A stretch of 63,347 nucleotides of DNA, filler included, from Reclinomonas americana ATCC 50394 (taxonomy: Eukaryota), in assembly GCA_048213135.1 (NCBI GenBank). It is 8 parts of 5 records of this genome, joined end to end, with 100 filler letters (N's around TTAATTAATTAA, not from the genome) between each part and the next. Parts side by side here need not be neighbours in the genome. Positions count along the whole stretch, not along the records: positions 60,531 to 62,008 come from PS015435.1; positions 62,109 to 63,347 come from PS015447.1; 6 more parts are not named here. The stretch is one strand, 5' to 3'. This document shows positions 60,531 to 63,347 of the stretch, piece by piece. The translations under genes were made by a program, and so were the position numbers. The notes below the pieces were generated by a model. It was not told the origin of the DNA and did no database searches. It saw only the letters and a program-made list of their open reading frames with translations. Position 1 is the first letter of the stretch. Each line of letters opens with the position of its first letter.

Positions 60531-63297
60531 TGTGGCCGGTCAGCGCGGTGCTGCTCGTCGCATGTCGTTCAACCCGCTGTCGCCGACGCTGTTGGTGATG
60601 GAGAGACGGCAGGATGGCGCGACGATGGTGATCAATCCGCAGCAGCTGAGTGGAGCGGTGCGCGAGGCTGGGGTGACGGTGGCAGGCGGTGTGTTGCAGG
60701 TGGATGGAGTGGCCAGCACGCCTGGCGATGTGTGTGTGGCGCTGCCGGGCGATGCTGTGGCGTTTGTGCGCAAGGCGAGCTCGACGGCGTACCTGGCGTC
60801 GCTGGGCGAGTCGCCACCGACGCTGCAGGTGGTGTACGAGAGCTCGGGCGATCCGCCGGTGCTGGTGGCCGGCAGTGCGACGCTGGTGGCTGTGGGTCTT
60901 GAGTTGTGTGCAGTCCATTAGCCAATGCAGTGTGTGCGCACGAGTTGTTGCTGACTCATTCTGTGCAGATCGGGTGCGGTGCTGATCTACAATCGTGCAT
61001 CGCTCGCGGATACGACGTTGAGAATAGCGGTCGACGGTGACGACGAACGCAACGGTGGCGTTGTGTCGCTGGCGGTGCTCCCGGGCGACATTGTGGTGGC
61101 GTCGCAAGGCCTCACCGAGGCGCAGCTCAACGATCAGTTTGACGCCGAGGACTTTGATCCGAAGCTGCTGGTGGCCGCCGTGCCTCCGCCTGCAGCGGTG
61201 CGTGCATGCCTTCTGATCTTGTTCATCTCGTCTCGCCACTGACCGCCGTGCTGGGCCTTGTCGGAACGCAGTGGGCGGGCATCGGTCATCGGTTGCAGGC
61301 GAAATCGCTGCTGGTGTGCATGGGTGACGATTACGAAACGCCAATGCCACAGAAAGTGTTCAGTGTGTGTTCTCTCGGGCACATTGGTTCCAGGTTTGCA
61401 TCAGTGTTCTCGCCTTGTGTGCCGAGCACGCATGAAAGCTCAATGTGGTATCACAGATTCTTTTGCCTGGCCGCGTCCAACTGGTCGTTCAAGCTGCGCG
61501 CGTTCGAGGTGGACGTGACCGCCGGCCGCGGTGATGCCGCCAAGATAGAAAGCACCGTGGTGGACGAGACTGGCGAGTGCAAAGTGCGCAAGGAGACCGC
61601 CTTTGTGGAGCTGTTCCCTGACGATCAGAGCCCGCCGCTGGCGGCGTTGTCGGTGTGCTTGGACACGTCGGGCCTCGCGCAGCCGCTGCAGGCCACCAAT
61701 CGCGACGGCGAAACGATCGAGTGGCAGGGTCATGCCGTGGTCGCGCTGCTGTCGTCGTACGGTCACGTGTACGTCAACCGCTTCACGCACGCCACGGCGG
61801 CCATTGATGCGCCGCTGGTGGGTGTGCCACGCGCAGTCGCCACTGGCGCACTGGCGGATCCCGCGAAACTCGGTCCACTGCAAGTCGGCGCCTCCGGCAG
61901 TGCACCGAAAATAGTGCCGTCGACTCCAGAAAAGGTGCCGTCGACCGTGACTGCCGGAGCGCCATCGGCGCCACTGTCGTCTGGTCCACCCACCACTGCT
62001 ATTGAGGTNNNNNNNNNNNNNNNNNNNNNNNNNNNNNNNNNNNNNNNNNNNNTTAATTAATTAANNNNNNNNNNNNNNNNNNNNNNNNNNNNNNNNNNNN
62101 NNNNNNNNGGTGGCTGTTGCGTACCACGCACACCCTGTCCATGTCACACGCCGGTTGTTGACTATTCTCGTACTTCACAATGCACAGTGTCTCCACCCGC
62201 CTTGTCACCCGGAGCCCCGCCTCCACCGCCACCCCCACCGCCTCCACCTGCACCACCACCACCGCCACCACCGCCACCGGGTGGTCGCTCGGCGGCTGCG
62301 CCATACACCGGTCCGAATGTCAAGGCGCTGCACTGGGAGACGATTCCGGAGCACTTGCTGCAGCAGACGATTTTCCACCAGCAGCCGGCATCCGACATTG
62401 CGGTCGATGCGGAGAAGGTGCTCAAGATGTTCGAGATTCGGCCGTCCGGCAAGACAGTCGACGCCGACAAGCCTGTGGAGACGGGCCCGCGGCGTCTGCT
62501 GGAGCTGCGCCGTGTCAACAACATTGAGATCACCCTCCGACACGCCAAGTTGTCGATCGAGGCAATTGTGGAGGGCGTTATGGAGTTCGATATGGAGCGT
62601 GTGAGTTCTGAGTTGTTGGAGAAGCTGCGGAGTTGCTTGCCGACCACGGAGGAGCGCGATGTGTTGGAGGCCTACCGAGGAGCCAAGTTCGTGTTGTGTT
62701 TGCGTCGCAGACTTCACACCTGCTGTTGTGTGCTAAACGCAACGCGCTGTTTGTGTACGCAGAGCCGATTTGGGAATGGCGGAGCGATTCCAGTTGGAGA
62801 CCATCAAGGTGCCGCGCTTCAACAAGAAGATCGAGGTGTTTATCGCTGCGACCGGCTTCCGGGAGCTGTCAATTGAGGTTCGCGAGCGAATGGAGCGCAT
62901 CGGCGCCGCCTTCTCGGCGGTCGGTTCCTCGCTGCGATTGCGTCGTGTGCTGCAGCTGGTGTTGGAGATTGGCAACATTCTCAACCGCGGCAAGGCCAAG
63001 GGTAACGCCAAGGGCTTCCGTATGGACATTTTGACCAAGCTGAAGAACACCAAGACCACGGATCAGCGCATGGACCTGCTCGAGTTCCTCGCACTGACCG
63101 TGGTGCAGGATCCGCGCAATGAGGACTTGCGCGATCTCGACACCGACCTGGCGTGTGTCCATGTGGTGCCGGTGATTACGGTGGATGCTGTCAGGGCGCA
63201 GGTGGAAGAGTTGAGGAAGAACGTGCTGGCGATGGAGTCGGAATGCAATGCTTGTGCGCTGGACGCCAATGCCGAGCGGTTCCATCTGCGGTTAACG
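60531..63297 (+). CDS. Formin (FH1 polyproline + FH2), with a beta-rich N-terminal region across a linker; runs off both ends
   Basis: PPPPPPPP FH1 at ~62215-62280. FH2 motifs: VKALHWETIP, LLELRRVNNIEITL, LPTTEE, AERF..VPR, LQLVLEIGNILN..AKGFRMDILTKLKNTKT..LLEFL. Confidence 0.9.
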
Positions 63298-63347
63298 GTG
63301 AGTTTTCTATCGTCTTTTTACTAACGATCGTCAGGCAGCAGCTGAGT

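Noticed and set aside
1..63347. Transposase, reverse transcriptase, viral or rRNA sequences; Introner-like repeated introns
   Set aside because: No such motifs were recognised, and short introns share only splice signals, not body sequence.

Overview
Gene-dense, intron-rich eukaryotic DNA from a draft assembly. The organism is an unidentified protist, probably flagellated. The assembly has N gaps and artificial 44N-TTAATTAATTAA-44N linkers. Most introns are about 60-100 nt, and a few are inflated by CT/GA microsatellites and minisatellites. About 15 genes can be reconstructed by hand. Three encode very large surface proteins: a Pmp-like beta-helix multi-pass membrane protein, an H-lectin-like/EGF/BNR protein, and an FN3-NHL/cadherin/TM receptor. 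The others are tRNA-Ile(AAU), mitochondrial Grx5, a dynein-type thioredoxin, Rpp21, a RING/TRAF-zf/TPR protein, an ankyrin-ADP-ribosylglycohydrolase, a YedJ-like HD hydrolase, an HMGB protein, a TPR protein, a formin and several low-complexity hypotheticals. Three observations stand out. (1) An abundant second class of 5' splice site, GTTG(C/A)G(T), is seen about 22 times, always after a non-G exonic base, and it co-varies with that base at homologous introns of duplicated modules. (2) An array of at least 14 phase-compatible micro-exon pairs each encodes one beta-helix repeat. (3) A repeated module has an NHL beta-propeller inserted inside an FN3-like domain, followed by bacterial-style cadherin repeats. 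All gene models are manual and lack RNA evidence.
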